Below, one piece after another: positions 36,067 to 46,800 of a DNA stretch of 63,994 bases; within the stretch, counting starts at the first letter, position 1, and each line of letters starts with the position of its first letter. A program made the translations under genes and the position numbers. The notes under the pieces are model-generated. The model was not told the DNA's origin and made no database searches. It saw nothing but the letters and a program-made list of their open reading frames with translations. This DNA comes from Selaginella moellendorffii (lineage: Eukaryota; Plantae; Lycopodiophyta), in contig NW_003314335.1 of NCBI RefSeq assembly GCF_000143415.4, positions 870,661 to 934,654 of the forward strand, read 5' to 3'.

Positions 36067-37650
36067 ATGAGAATCGATGCCCTCGCGAGCAGTCTACGAT
36101 CGTGCTGCGCGGCCAGGAATTTGCTCCAGGGAAGAAAGATCCACGCGCTCATCCTCGAGCGCGGCCTCGAGGATCTCCACCTCCACAACCTCCTCGTCCA
36201 GATGTATGGCAAATGCGGCAACGTCCACGACGCCCACGCCTCCTTCTCCCAGATCAAGAACCCTAATCTCTTCTCGTGGAGCGCGCTGCTCGTGGCATTT
36301 GCCCAGAATGGGTATCTGGAGGAGGCAAAACGGGCATTCGATCGAATGCCACAGCGCGACGTCGTGGCGTGGAATTCGATCCTGGGCGCCAACGCCCAAA
36401 ACGGGCAATCGATCGATGCTGAGAGATTCTACGAGAGAATGCCTGGGCGTGACGTGATCTCCGCGAATTCGATCGTCTCGGCGTTTGCCAGGAGCGGCGA
36501 TCCGGCCGGCGCGTGGAGGGCCTTCGAGGGCGCCGCGCGGCGCGACGTCGCGCTGTGGACGTCCATGGCGCAGGCGCGCACCGCGAGAGGGCAGCTCGAT
36601 CTGGCGCTGGAGACGCTCCATCGCATGGCGCTGTGGAACGTCTTCTCCAGCACGGTGATGATCGCGGCGCTGGGAAGGAGTGGCGATTTAGAAGCCGCGA
36701 GGGAAGCGTTTGATGCCATGGGCGAGCGCAATGCAGTGGCATGGAACGCGCTGCTCACCGCCTACGCGGATGCCGCGCGGATGGACGCGGTGGGGGAGGT
36801 CTTTGCACGGATGCCGCAGCGGGATACCGTGCTGCATACCGCGCTGCTCGTGGCGTATGCCCAGGCCGGGCATCTCCACGACGCGCGGGAGCTCTTCCAC
36901 GGCATGCCGCAGCGTGACGTCGTGTGCTGGAACGCCATGCTGGCATCGTCCGCGCGGTACCGCCATCTACCGGCGGCACGGGAGTTCTTCCGCCGGATGC
37001 CGCAGTGGAGCGTCACGAGCTGGAATTCGTTCTTTACCGCCAGTGCCCAGAGAGGGCATTTGGATCACGCGAAAGAGCTCTTCGACGCCATGCCCGGGAA
37101 GAATCTAGTGTCTTGGAACGCGCTACTGGCAGCGTTTGCGCGGAATGGACACGCCCATGACGCGCGATTGATCTTCGATTCCATGGAGGAGAGAAATCGC
37201 GTGAGCTGGAACGCGGTGATCGCCGCGCATGCCCACAGCGGGCATGGCGAGGAGGTTCTAGGGCTCTTCCGGGCTATGGTGCTCGAGGGCGTGGATCCGG
37301 ACGAGGCATCGTTCGCGAGCTTGATGCTGGGATTCAATCACCTGGGGATGGTGGGCGTTAGCCGCGGGCATCTGGTGGCCATGCGCGACGATTTTGGAGT
37401 GGCGCCAGGGAGGGATCACTACTGCTGCGTTGCGGATGGATTGGGGAAGAGTGGGCGATTGGGCGAGGCGGAGGAGCTGATCAAGACGATGCCGTTTAGC
37501 GCGGATGGATTGGCGTGGGGGAGCCTTGTGGCTGCCGGATTGATCTGCTTGGAGACGGAGTATGCCGCTCACGCCGCTCGGCAAGCAGTGGATCTAGATC
37601 CCAGGGATAGTGGCAACTTTGTGCTTTTGTCAAACGCTCATGCTAGCTAG
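36067..37650 (+). CDS. PLS-class PPR protein (527 aa) rich in SS-type repeats, GC-rich, E region, no DYW
   Basis: Intronless ORF with 31-aa repeats; ends HYCCVADGLGKSG...GNFVLLSNAHAS*. Confidence 0.92.
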   Translation: MRIDALASSLRSCCAARNLLQGRKIHALILERGLEDLHLHNLLVQMYGKCGNVHDAHASFSQIKNPNLFSWSALLVAFAQNGYLEEAKRAFDRMPQRDVVAWNSILGANAQNGQSIDAERFYERMPGRDVISANSIVSAFARSGDPAGAWRAFEGAARRDVALWTSMAQARTARGQLDLALETLHRMALWNVFSSTVMIAALGRSGDLEAAREAFDAMGERNAVAWNALLTAYADAARMDAVGEVFARMPQRDTVLHTALLVAYAQAGHLHDARELFHGMPQRDVVCWNAMLASSARYRHLPAAREFFRRMPQWSVTSWNSFFTASAQRGHLDHAKELFDAMPGKNLVSWNALLAAFARNGHAHDARLIFDSMEERNRVSWNAVIAAHAHSGHGEEVLGLFRAMVLEGVDPDEASFASLMLGFNHLGMVGVSRGHLVAMRDDFGVAPGRDHYCCVADGLGKSGRLGEAEELIKTMPFSADGLAWGSLVAAGLICLETEYAAHAARQAVDLDPRDSGNFVLLSNAHAS

Positions 37651-37866
37651 TGCTCTGTGTATTCTCATTGGCCACCTTTCAGCCAAGTAGTGTTTGGTTA
37701 ACTGATACTGTGGATTTTTTTCTTTCCTTTTTGGTTCCACCAGAGTTTTCTCTTCTATTTCCACAAAAGATTGGATCCATTGATCATTGGAGGAGTGTGC
37801 TTTGGTGTGAAGTTGGCTGGCCAACAATGAAAAAGATTTTGCTTTGAAAAGTCAATTTTCCCACAC

Positions 37867-37875
37867 TATATAAAT
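37867..37875 (+). promoter_or_regulatory. TATA box of the dirigent-like gene
   Basis: TATATAAAT about 70 bp upstream of the ATG at 37945. Confidence 0.65.
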
Positions 37876-37944
37876 GCATGTTAGGACTAGATCAGACACA
37901 TGCCTATTCACTTCAAAGCTTTTTTTTCCTTCAGTCAGAGTACA

Positions 37945-38462
37945 ATGGCTTCCAAACTTGTTTTGGTCTCAATTCTTACTGTTGCTCTCTTTGCTTTTGC
38001 ATCTGCCACCATAACAAAGGTTGTACAGTTATATGTTAGGAGCATGATCTTGATATAATGGTTTCTTCTTTTCTTTTCCAGTGCAATACCTTCACCATCC
38101 AAGGATCAGCCCAGTTTGTTTTCGGGCAAAACGAGTTTCAAGTTGTTGCGAGTGATGGTGTCGGGGATCGAGATGGATCCGTCCAAACGTTTGCAGCCCC
38201 TTTGACTGGAAACCCGGGATGCATCTACCAAGGAATAATCGCCGACACCGGCAGTCTGGATTTCCAGGTCTCCCAGATCAAGTGTGGCAATGATCGGGTG
38301 GAGTTCATGGGTGACGCTGGAAGTTCCACCCAAGGCTCTTCAACCACGTACGCGATTGTTGGTGGTACTGGCCGATATGTTGGAGCCACTGGAACTGTGA
38401 CAGAAGTTTCACTGGGTGGTATGAACTATCAAGTCACTGCTAATATCAAAGTTTGCAACTAG
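37945..38462 (+). CDS. Secreted 151-aa dirigent/allene-oxide-cyclase-barrel-like protein; exons 37945-38019 and 38082-38462
   Basis: Signal peptide MASKLVLVSILTVALFAFASA; phase-0 GT-AG intron; motif YAIVGGTGRYVGATG; beta-strand-rich; 4 Cys; AATAAA downstream. Confidence 0.75.
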
Positions 38463-38642
38463 AGAGATTTGAAGAATGTAATAAACTATAATAAAGTTGA
38501 GCCCCACTTTTAGTGGGTAAATCAAAATCTTGTTTCGCGTATTATAATCATGGGATGATAATTAGATAGTGATACATTTTTTTGGTCTTTTATTGTCAAT
38601 GAAGGACGCAATAACTGGTCAGACGCATGCTCTTCCTATTGC

Positions 38643-38713
38643 AAAAAGGTTTGGGTATTGATCAGTGCCTCTCGCATGCTAAGCGAGTGCTCTACCATCT
38701 GAGCTATCCATTT
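38643..38713 (-). pseudogene. tRNA-Ala(AGC) pseudogene or tRNA-derived fragment
   Basis: Minus strand reads TAGCTCAGATGGTAGAGCACTCGCTTAGCATGCGAGAGGCACTGATCAATACCC then AAACCTTTTT. The D and anticodon arms match plant tRNA-Ala(AGC); the acceptor and T stems are broken. Confidence 0.8.
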
Positions 38714-38869
38714 CCACGATGCAAACCCTCCCGGGTGCTCGATACCTATTGGGAGCTATATATCCCACTCTGAGTGGCAGAAATTGGGACATATTTTGAT
38801 GTAGACTGTGAGGTGAATGCAATCTCGAATCAGACTGAGCAGTGCTAGTGATTTAAGAATGACGCGAGA

Positions 38870-39000
38870 GGCAGCAGCTTCCTAGTGGAAGCCAAGAAGA
38901 TCTTCAAGAAAATGAAGAAGCACAATATGGTCCCTTAAACTGGACTTTGGCTATGCGAAAAAATGGCTGTATTTGGAAGCATGAGGTGTTGAGAGATGTC
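38870..39000 (+). pseudogene. Small decayed PPR fragment
   Basis: SFLVEAKKIFKKMKKHNMVP* followed by frameshifted GYAKNG. Confidence 0.45.
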
Positions 39001-42000
39001 AAATCAAAGAGCTGGATAATATTAATACCATCCTAAATAAAATTTACATTAGAGGATCTTTGCAACAACAACACTTGTTACTACAAGTGTCATGCATATT
39101 CTTCTTATATTATTGATTTTATTTAAAACAATAATTCATACTGTGAGGTCCAAATGTACGGCTATAATGCCGTATACTAATATTAGCGTAGTGGGATTTT
39201 GGTAACTGTCAGATTGATTTCAATCTGAACCATTCGCTCCTATATATAAACTAGGGTTTTTGCATTAACTGATATGTATATTTTTTATATTCCCTTTCCA
39301 TATTCCATATACTTATATTAATGGAGATGAGGGGCACTTTTGATTGTCTCTGAGGAGTGTTTGGGTTTGGGATTTTGGTTTAGCTCTAACTTTTGCATCG
39401 TCTAGATCTAACTTTTTCCATTTCCTTTCTTTTGTTCTTTCTTTTTAGGATTTTGGTTTACATTTAACTTTTGTATTCTTTTCCTTCTAGCTTTTTTTCA
39501 TTTCTCTTCTTTTGCTCTTTCCTTTTCATTCATTTTTATGGTAGGGTAGTAGTCTTTTCCTCCTTTGACTCTAGAGCAACAATTAATGCAATTGCTTGAT
39601 GCTATGTGATTGCAATTGAACAACCAAACTCAGTTGATAATGGTATTTATAGCACGTGGTACAGCTCCTTCTACTGTTGGTGCAAATCATCACGTTCAGC
39701 CGGAGTTCTTTCATGGAAATCCTGGGGATGATGTGTATTATTAGTTTGATCACTTCATGGTGATTGCCATATATCATTTTTGGGATGATGCTTGATGTTT
39801 GTGGGAGTTTCCTACGTATCTCCAAGGGACGGCACTGTAGTGGTACAACGGTTTGAGCATAGCCACTCATGAAAACTGGAGTGTTCTTCTGAACGTCTTT
39901 AAACGCACATTTGGATATACCAACAATTGTGATGATGCCTTCCAATAATTACATCATCTTCATCAATGGCTCTTTAAGTTAGTGATGCAATTTAGCATTC
40001 GTTTCCGAAACCTCTTGCTTCATGCAGAGCTAAATATGTTAGAGTGAATCAAGTTAAGAATGTTGTGGCTAACACTTTGTCAAGATCTTGTCAAACTTGT
40101 GCATGCACGTGCTCCAGCCACTCTTGATGATGCTCTTCGTTTAGCACAATGTTATGAAATATCGCCTCTTTTAGTTCTTGTTGCACACCCTTCAGCTCCA
40201 CTTTTTGTGGGTGATGGTTCTGTTCCAATGGAGGTTGAAGCTTTTGCTGCTCAAGTTCAAGGATAAAGGCAAGGACGTGGTTGTGGCCGTGATGTTCGCT
40301 ACTAGGTATGTGATGAAGTTGGTTACACTTATCAGTATTGTTGGCATTTTCTGGATTGGCGGCCTCTATTTCCTGGGTGGAGACTTTGGCATCAACAACG
40401 TCCTATTGGGGTTGCTGCAGTGGAAGGTCTGAACACTGAAATACATATGGGAAACAAAGAGTCACACGAGTAATGGAGGGACCTTGCACGAATAAGTTAG
40501 TGCCTTTTCCATTTTTTTTTCGAAAGTATTATTAAGGGGTTCATTTGGCACCAGTTCATTTAGTGTTTACTTTCCAAACTCATTTTTATAACAAAAGATC
40601 TCTTATTGTTCTTTCTATATTGGTTAATATAGATTCAAGTTGCTCGACCTGTTGCCATATGTTGCCATTTACACTTGCATCGTGGGGAAGAGTCAGTTTT
40701 CATTCTTTATGGCAATGGCCGTATACATGCATGTACACGGGATGAGGCAAACCTAGTTATGCATGTGGGCGATCTCAAGCTTGAGTTGTAATCATTGCAA
40801 GTGGTGTTGAGTCAAGCTTTTGACCTCATCCTTGGTTGCAGCATAATCATGCTAAATGTGACTTTAAGGCTTCTCCCCCTTGTCTCATACTTCCTTATAT
40901 TTTATTCATTTCTCCCACTTCTATACTTTTTTGTTCTTTTTCTTTTACCTTTGCTTCTATTACTTTTGTTTCTTTATTACTTCCTTCTATATTTCTATCT
41001 TGTTCTGCTCTTCCTTTTTTCGATCCTTCCAATAGTATTTGTGTTGCAACAGTTAACTAGCTCATGAAAGAGTATGCCAATCTCTTTGAATTTGACCTAT
41101 CATCTAGAGCCAAGATTGCCACACATCATCTAATTCCAACCAGTGATGCTCGTTCAATCAAAGTTCCTGTTCATCATTGGTCACCCAAAGAGATCAAAAT
41201 TTTACATGCAAAAATCAAGGAAATGTTGGAACAGGGTGTTATTCGAAAGTCACAGAGTCCTTGAGCATGTGAACCTTATCTTATGATAAAACCTGATGGG
41301 ACTATTTGTTTTTGCATTGATTATCGTCCATTAAACGAAGTGACGATCCAATTGTGTACTTTCTTCCTCAGACTGTTGATCTCTTGGATTGTCTAAGGAG
41401 AAGTCATTGGTTTACCAAGCTAAATCTTGCTTCTGGGTACTAGCAAGTACCGATGCCCGAAAAAGATATTCTTAAGATTGCTTTTTGCACTCTATTTGGT
41501 TTGTACGAGTTATTAGTCATGCTGTTTGATTTGAACAATGCTTTAACAACTTTGTAACAGATGATGGATGAGGTTCTTTGTGATATGCCAGAAATGATTA
41601 CTGACCTCATTGATGATGTTTTGATCCACTTGGAGGGGACATAGGAGGAACACGTTCGTGATGTTTGTAAAATGTTGGATCAGCTATAGGATATTGATTT
41701 AAAGTTGAAGTGGTCAAAGTGCATGTTTGGGTCCAAGGACACGACTTATATTAGGTACTGTATTTCTTGTAAGGGTTTGCAAGTTAATTCTGACAAACTT
41801 GTGGTTATTCTAAAGTTCCCTACTTCAAATTGTGTGAATGATGTGCAATGCTTCTTGGGCAAGGTGCAATATCTCAGTTATTTTATGGATAATCTTTCTG
41901 ATCGCATTGCACAATTGCGAGCATTGCTGAAGTTATCAACGTCATCTTTCATTTGGTCTTTAAATTATGAGCGGGTGTTCATGGATCTCAAAGTGTTATT

Positions 42001-42473
42001 AACAACTCCTTCGGTTTTGGCACATCCTGACTACACTCGACTTTTCATTTTGTGCATGGATGCTTCTAATATTGATCTTGAAGGTGTATTGATGCAAGAG
42101 AGCCCGAGTTTACCTAGTCAACGCCATCCCATTGTATATATAAGCCGTATATTACAATCAGCAGAGGTAAACTTTTCCACGATAGAGTGTTAAGTAGCAG
42201 TCTAGGGTTTCAAGAAACTTTATGTATATCTATATGGTTCTCAGACATTAGAGCTATTATTACTTCATTATTGAAGTGGTAGAACCTAATTGGTCATACT
42301 GCTCAGTGGGCTTTGAAGCTTCAAATATATGATTTTAATGTTATTTATCGCCCGGGGAGTTTTATGGCTGATGTTGTTGCCCTTTCTTGAGCTCCTCTTC
42401 CTTCTTCACTGTCTTTTCATATTTCTGACAAGCTTGTTATTTCAGCATTTGTGGATTTTCTAAACGAGGATTC

Positions 42474-42809
42474 TGTCAGGAATCCCCCAATTCTTGCCAC
42501 ATTCCTGACTCTCGCTAGATTCCTGACCTGCAGACCACATTCCTGACTCTCGAGACACTTCCCGATTCTTGAGTCTCGAGCCATATTCCTGATGATGATG
42601 TGGCGCCTCCTCGACCTCAGCTATATTTAGGCCGTCCTCGATCCAAAAGTGGTGGAGCTTCATCAACCTATAGTATATATAGGTTAGCCTTGTTCCATTT
42701 CTCCACAATCTGAATCAACGCCAGTCTAAGGTCTCTTCTTTGTTTCCACTAGCTTTTTCTCTTTGTCTTTTTGCATTTTCCAGTCTTGATCTTGTCGGGG
42801 GTCTTGACA
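42474..42809 (+). repeat. 5' LTR of the nested chromovirus
   Basis: TGTCAGGA...TCTTGACA; 11 substitutions against the 3' LTR by manual count (about 96.7% identity); internal ATTCCTGAC subrepeats; TATATATA at 42674-42681. Confidence 0.97.
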
Positions 42810-42907
42810 GTTTGATTCAGATTGTGTTTTTTCATTTTTTGATTTAACTCGTTTTGATTGTTTGATTACCTTTGCCTTTTTTCCCCCTTTTTTCTTTCTT
42901 CTTGCCG

Positions 42908-43879
42908 ATGGAGTCTCCAAGTCATCCTGATTTCTTTGCTGAAGTCCTTGCAAAAATCCAGTCTGAGAATATCTAGTTGAAGGCAACCCTTCTTTGCATG
43001 CAGCAGGAACTTGCTTCACTTTTGGCTCAAGGATCCAACAAAGTTCCTGAACCGAATGTGAGTTTCTCGGCGAAATTTTCAGGCAAGCGTTCGGAGCTTC
43101 GCGGATTCCTGAACCAGATGGAGTTGATCTTCGCACTTCAACATCGGCGGTACCCCACTCCCGAGTCTCAAATCGGCTCGATTGGGACGTTGCTCGAAGG
43201 TGCAGCCTTGTCATGGTTTTCTCCTCTTCTGGAAAAGAGCATGAAAGGGGTCGTGGTTTCGGAGCTGATGGATCTTCAATTGTTCAAAGAGAAGCTCGAA
43301 GCATGTTTTGGCGAGACGGATCGGGTTCGGGCTGCTACCACAAAGATGAGACGTCTCTCTCAGGGGTCTTGTCCTGCCTCGATCTACGCTGTAGAGTTCC
43401 AACTCCTTGCTTTGGACACTCAGTGGGATGAGCGGGCCCTGATTGACCAATTTCGTTTCGGCCTCAACAACAGTGTCAAGGATTTGTTGCTCACCATGGA
43501 GGATCCCAAGGACCTGTCGGACGCCATCAACAAAGCTGTTTGATGTGACAATCGTCTCTTTGAACGTCGTCAGGAAAGTCGCCGTGCCGCTGTTTTTCCG
43601 TCCCAGACTCAAGAATCCCAGCTTGAGTCTTCGGGGCATACTCCTGAACCTACTGCTCCGGTTCCAATGGATATTTCTGGTACTCCTCGACTCATTAGAG
43701 GGAAGTTGAGTCCTGCTGAGAAGCAACGTCGAATATCTCATAATCTTTGCCTCTATTGTGTTGATCCTAATCACAAAGCAGCTGTATGTCCCGAGAAGCC
43801 TCCCCGACTGCTCGAGTTCACTCTGCCTCAAAGTCCACCTCTATTGCAGTTGGGAAACGACCCTGTCCAAACAGAGTAG
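42908..43879 (+). pseudogene. gag: gag of the nested chromovirus (in-frame stops at 42974 and 43541)
   Basis: ATG at 42908 is in frame with ORFs 42977..43543 and 43667..43879; retrotransposon gag motifs and zinc knuckle. Confidence 0.9.
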
Positions 43880-46800
43880 GAGCTGTCTATTTGGACTCCC
43901 CGAATAAAAATCACTTTTCTTCTTTATCAAGCTCCTCACCACCTTTCATCAAAGCCACCACCAATTCCCGCAACTTCTGTGTCCCATGTCTCCTTTCTTT
44001 TACCAGACAATCAGGATTCAAGGCTCTGGCGCTACTAGACTCAGGTGCAACTTCCTGCTTCATGGACACAGACTTTGCTGCCCGACATCACGTTCCTCTT
44101 TCTCCTACCATACGGGATTTGAGGGTTGAAGGCATCGGCGGGCATTTTGTGTCTCCATCTTCTGGACTTAGGGAAACATTGCCCGTTCGAGTACACATCG
44201 GGTCCACTGTCACCGATATCGCCTTCAACATCATCAACAACAAGTCCTCCTCTGTGGTGCTCGGTCTTCCTTGGTTCCAACTACATCAGCCTCAGATCTG
44301 TTGGAAGGAATTACAGCTCATCTCTCCCACGGCTTCCCCTGCTGTTCATCGAGTCCGAATCAGGAATTGGGGTTTTGTTCCTGACTCTACAAAGTTTTCA
44401 CCCTCTTCTTTTTCCTCTCTTCCATATTACACTGGACCGTATCCTCGTGTCATCATTCCATTTAGTTGTACGCCTCCTCCTATCTCCACAATCACTATGA
44501 AAGAACTCCTTCATGAAGAACCTCTTTTCCTTTTTGCTTTGCATGTTTCTCCTGTCAGTCTTCCTGAGAAGTATCATGATTTTGGGGATGTGTTTGACAA
44601 GAAAAAAGCTAGTGTACTGCCTGTTCATCGGCCTTATGATTGTCCCATTGATTTACAGGAAGGAGCGTCACCTCCGTGGGGGCCTATCTACGGGTTATCC
44701 CCGTCCGAGCTTAAGGCCCTCAAAGAGTACGTGGATGAGAACCTTGCCTCGGGCTACATTCAGCATTTGTAGTCCCCGGCTAGAGCACCTGTCTTCTTTG
44801 TCAAGAAGAAGGATGGGAGCTTGCGGCTAGTCATCGACTACCGAGGTTTGAACAGGGTGACTATTCGGAACCGTTATCCGCTGCCCCTGATCTCAGACCT
44901 GTTGGAACGCCTCGGCGGTGCCCGCTTCTTCACCAAGATCGACCTCTGTGGAGCATACAACCTGATCCAGATCCGACCTGGTGATGAATGGAAGACTGCG
45001 TTCCGAACCCGCTATGGCCACTTCGAGTACACTGTCATGCCATTTGGCTTGACAAATGCTCCAGCAGTTTTCCAACACATGGCGAATGACGTCTTTCGGG
45101 AGTTTCTTGATCAGATGGTGATCGTCTACCTCGATGACATCCTCATCTACTCAAAAACTTAGGAGGAGCATGACGAACATGTACGCAAGGTGCTAGCGAA
45201 GCTGCGAGAACACGGCCTATACGCGAAGCTTGAGAAATGCTCGTTTGATCAGCAGTCTGTGGAGTTCCTTGGGTACATTGTCACTCCTGAGGGTATCACG
45301 ATAGATCCTGCCAAAGTCAAGACTATTCTCGAATGGGAGCCTCCACAATCAATGTCAAACGTCCAAGTTTTCCTTGGCTTCGCCAACTTCTACCGCAAAT
45401 TCATTAATCACTACTCTGACATTGTCCTTCCTCTCACACATCTCACTCGCAAGGATGTTCCCTTCTCTTGGTCTGCTGCTGCCCAGCAGGCCTTCGACAC
45501 ACTCAAGGCGGCCTTCAGTTCTGCTCCCATCTTGATCCATGCTGATTCCTCACAACCTTTCTTCATCGAGGCTGACGCCTCCGACTTTGCCATTGGTGCT
45601 GTGCTGTCTCAACTCGGAGCGGATCACGAACTTCATCCAGTCGCTTTCCATTCTCGAAAATTTCAGCCTGCAGAGATCAATTACGAAATCCACGACAAGG
45701 AGCTCCTTGCCATCGTGGATTCCTTTGGAGAGTGGCGCCGTTTCGTGGAGGGGGCGAACCATCAAACAATAGTCTGTACGGATCACAAAAATCTCGAGTA
45801 CTTTGCCACTTTCCGAGTTTTGAGCCGTCGTCAAGCAAGGTGGGCACAATTCCTGAGTCGGTTTGACTTTGTTATCAAGTACAGACCTGGAAAGCTTCAA
45901 GGCCTTCCTGATGCTCTTTCAAGGCGCTCCTATCTCAGTCTCAGGCCTGGTAATCCTGCCTTCGATCAACAGGATCAAGTTATCCTCGGTCCTGATCGGC
46001 TTCAAGTTATGGCAATTTCCCTGGCCCCTCAGGACTCCTCCTTGATGGATGCAATCAGAAACGATCTCCAATCCGAGGACCTCGCCAGCGATATTTTCAC
46101 CCATCTTCAGGCTGGACACCCAGTGACTCCCAACTGCCGGCGATTTGACGAGTTCGAGTTCTTAGATGGCTTATTGTACCGTGGGGAGCAGCTTTACGTT
46201 CCTGAAGGTGATGCTCGAAGGTTGGTCCTGATGGCATGCCACGATAGCCCGACTGCTGGTCACTTCGGCATTGCGAAAACCTATGAGCTAGTTGCACGGG
46301 ACTTTTGGTGGCCTCACATAGATGACTACATCAAAGCGTTTGTTACCTCTTGTGACACTTGTGCCCGGAATAAGGTACCTCGCCACCTTCCTTCAGGTTT
46401 GCTTCGTTCCCTCCCGGTCCCTTCAGGTCCTTGGGAATCCATCTCCATGGATTTCTTGAGTGATCTTCCGAGTTCTGGAGGCTTCAACAGTATTTTAGTC
46501 GTGGTGGATCGCTTCACAAAGATGGCGCACTTCTTGCCATGTACCAAGGAATTTTCGGGCGAGGACATGGCAAAACTGGTATTCAGGGAAATTTTCCGAC
46601 TTCATGGGATTCCTACAGATGTGGTTTCAGATCGGGGGCCTCAGTTCATCTCTCATTTCTGGCAACGGTTTTTGCAGCTGCTTGGAGTGAAGGCCAACCT
46701 CTCTTCGGCATATCATCCTCAAACTGATGGACAGTCCGAACGAACGATTCAGACGCTGGAACAATTCTTGAGGTGCTTCATCAACTATCATTAGGATAAC

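Noticed and set aside
36042-37584. Many overlapping ORFs in the GC-rich PPR gene
   Set aside because: Stop-codon scarcity at high GC; only the PPR frame has motifs.
4900-38462. Biosynthetic gene cluster (OMT + hydrolase + dirigent-like)
   Set aside because: The genes are 6-25 kb apart, separated by housekeeping and PPR genes, with no scaffold-forming enzyme; co-expression data would be needed.
38643-38713. Functional tRNA-Ala gene
   Set aside because: The acceptor and T stems cannot pair and the B box is mutated.
40795-41067. Hydrophobic 90-aa membrane-like ORF
   Set aside because: T-rich decayed linker within the old Gypsy pol.
42460-42708. Duplicated small ORF (also 47566..47838)
   Set aside because: Antisense reading of the two LTRs.
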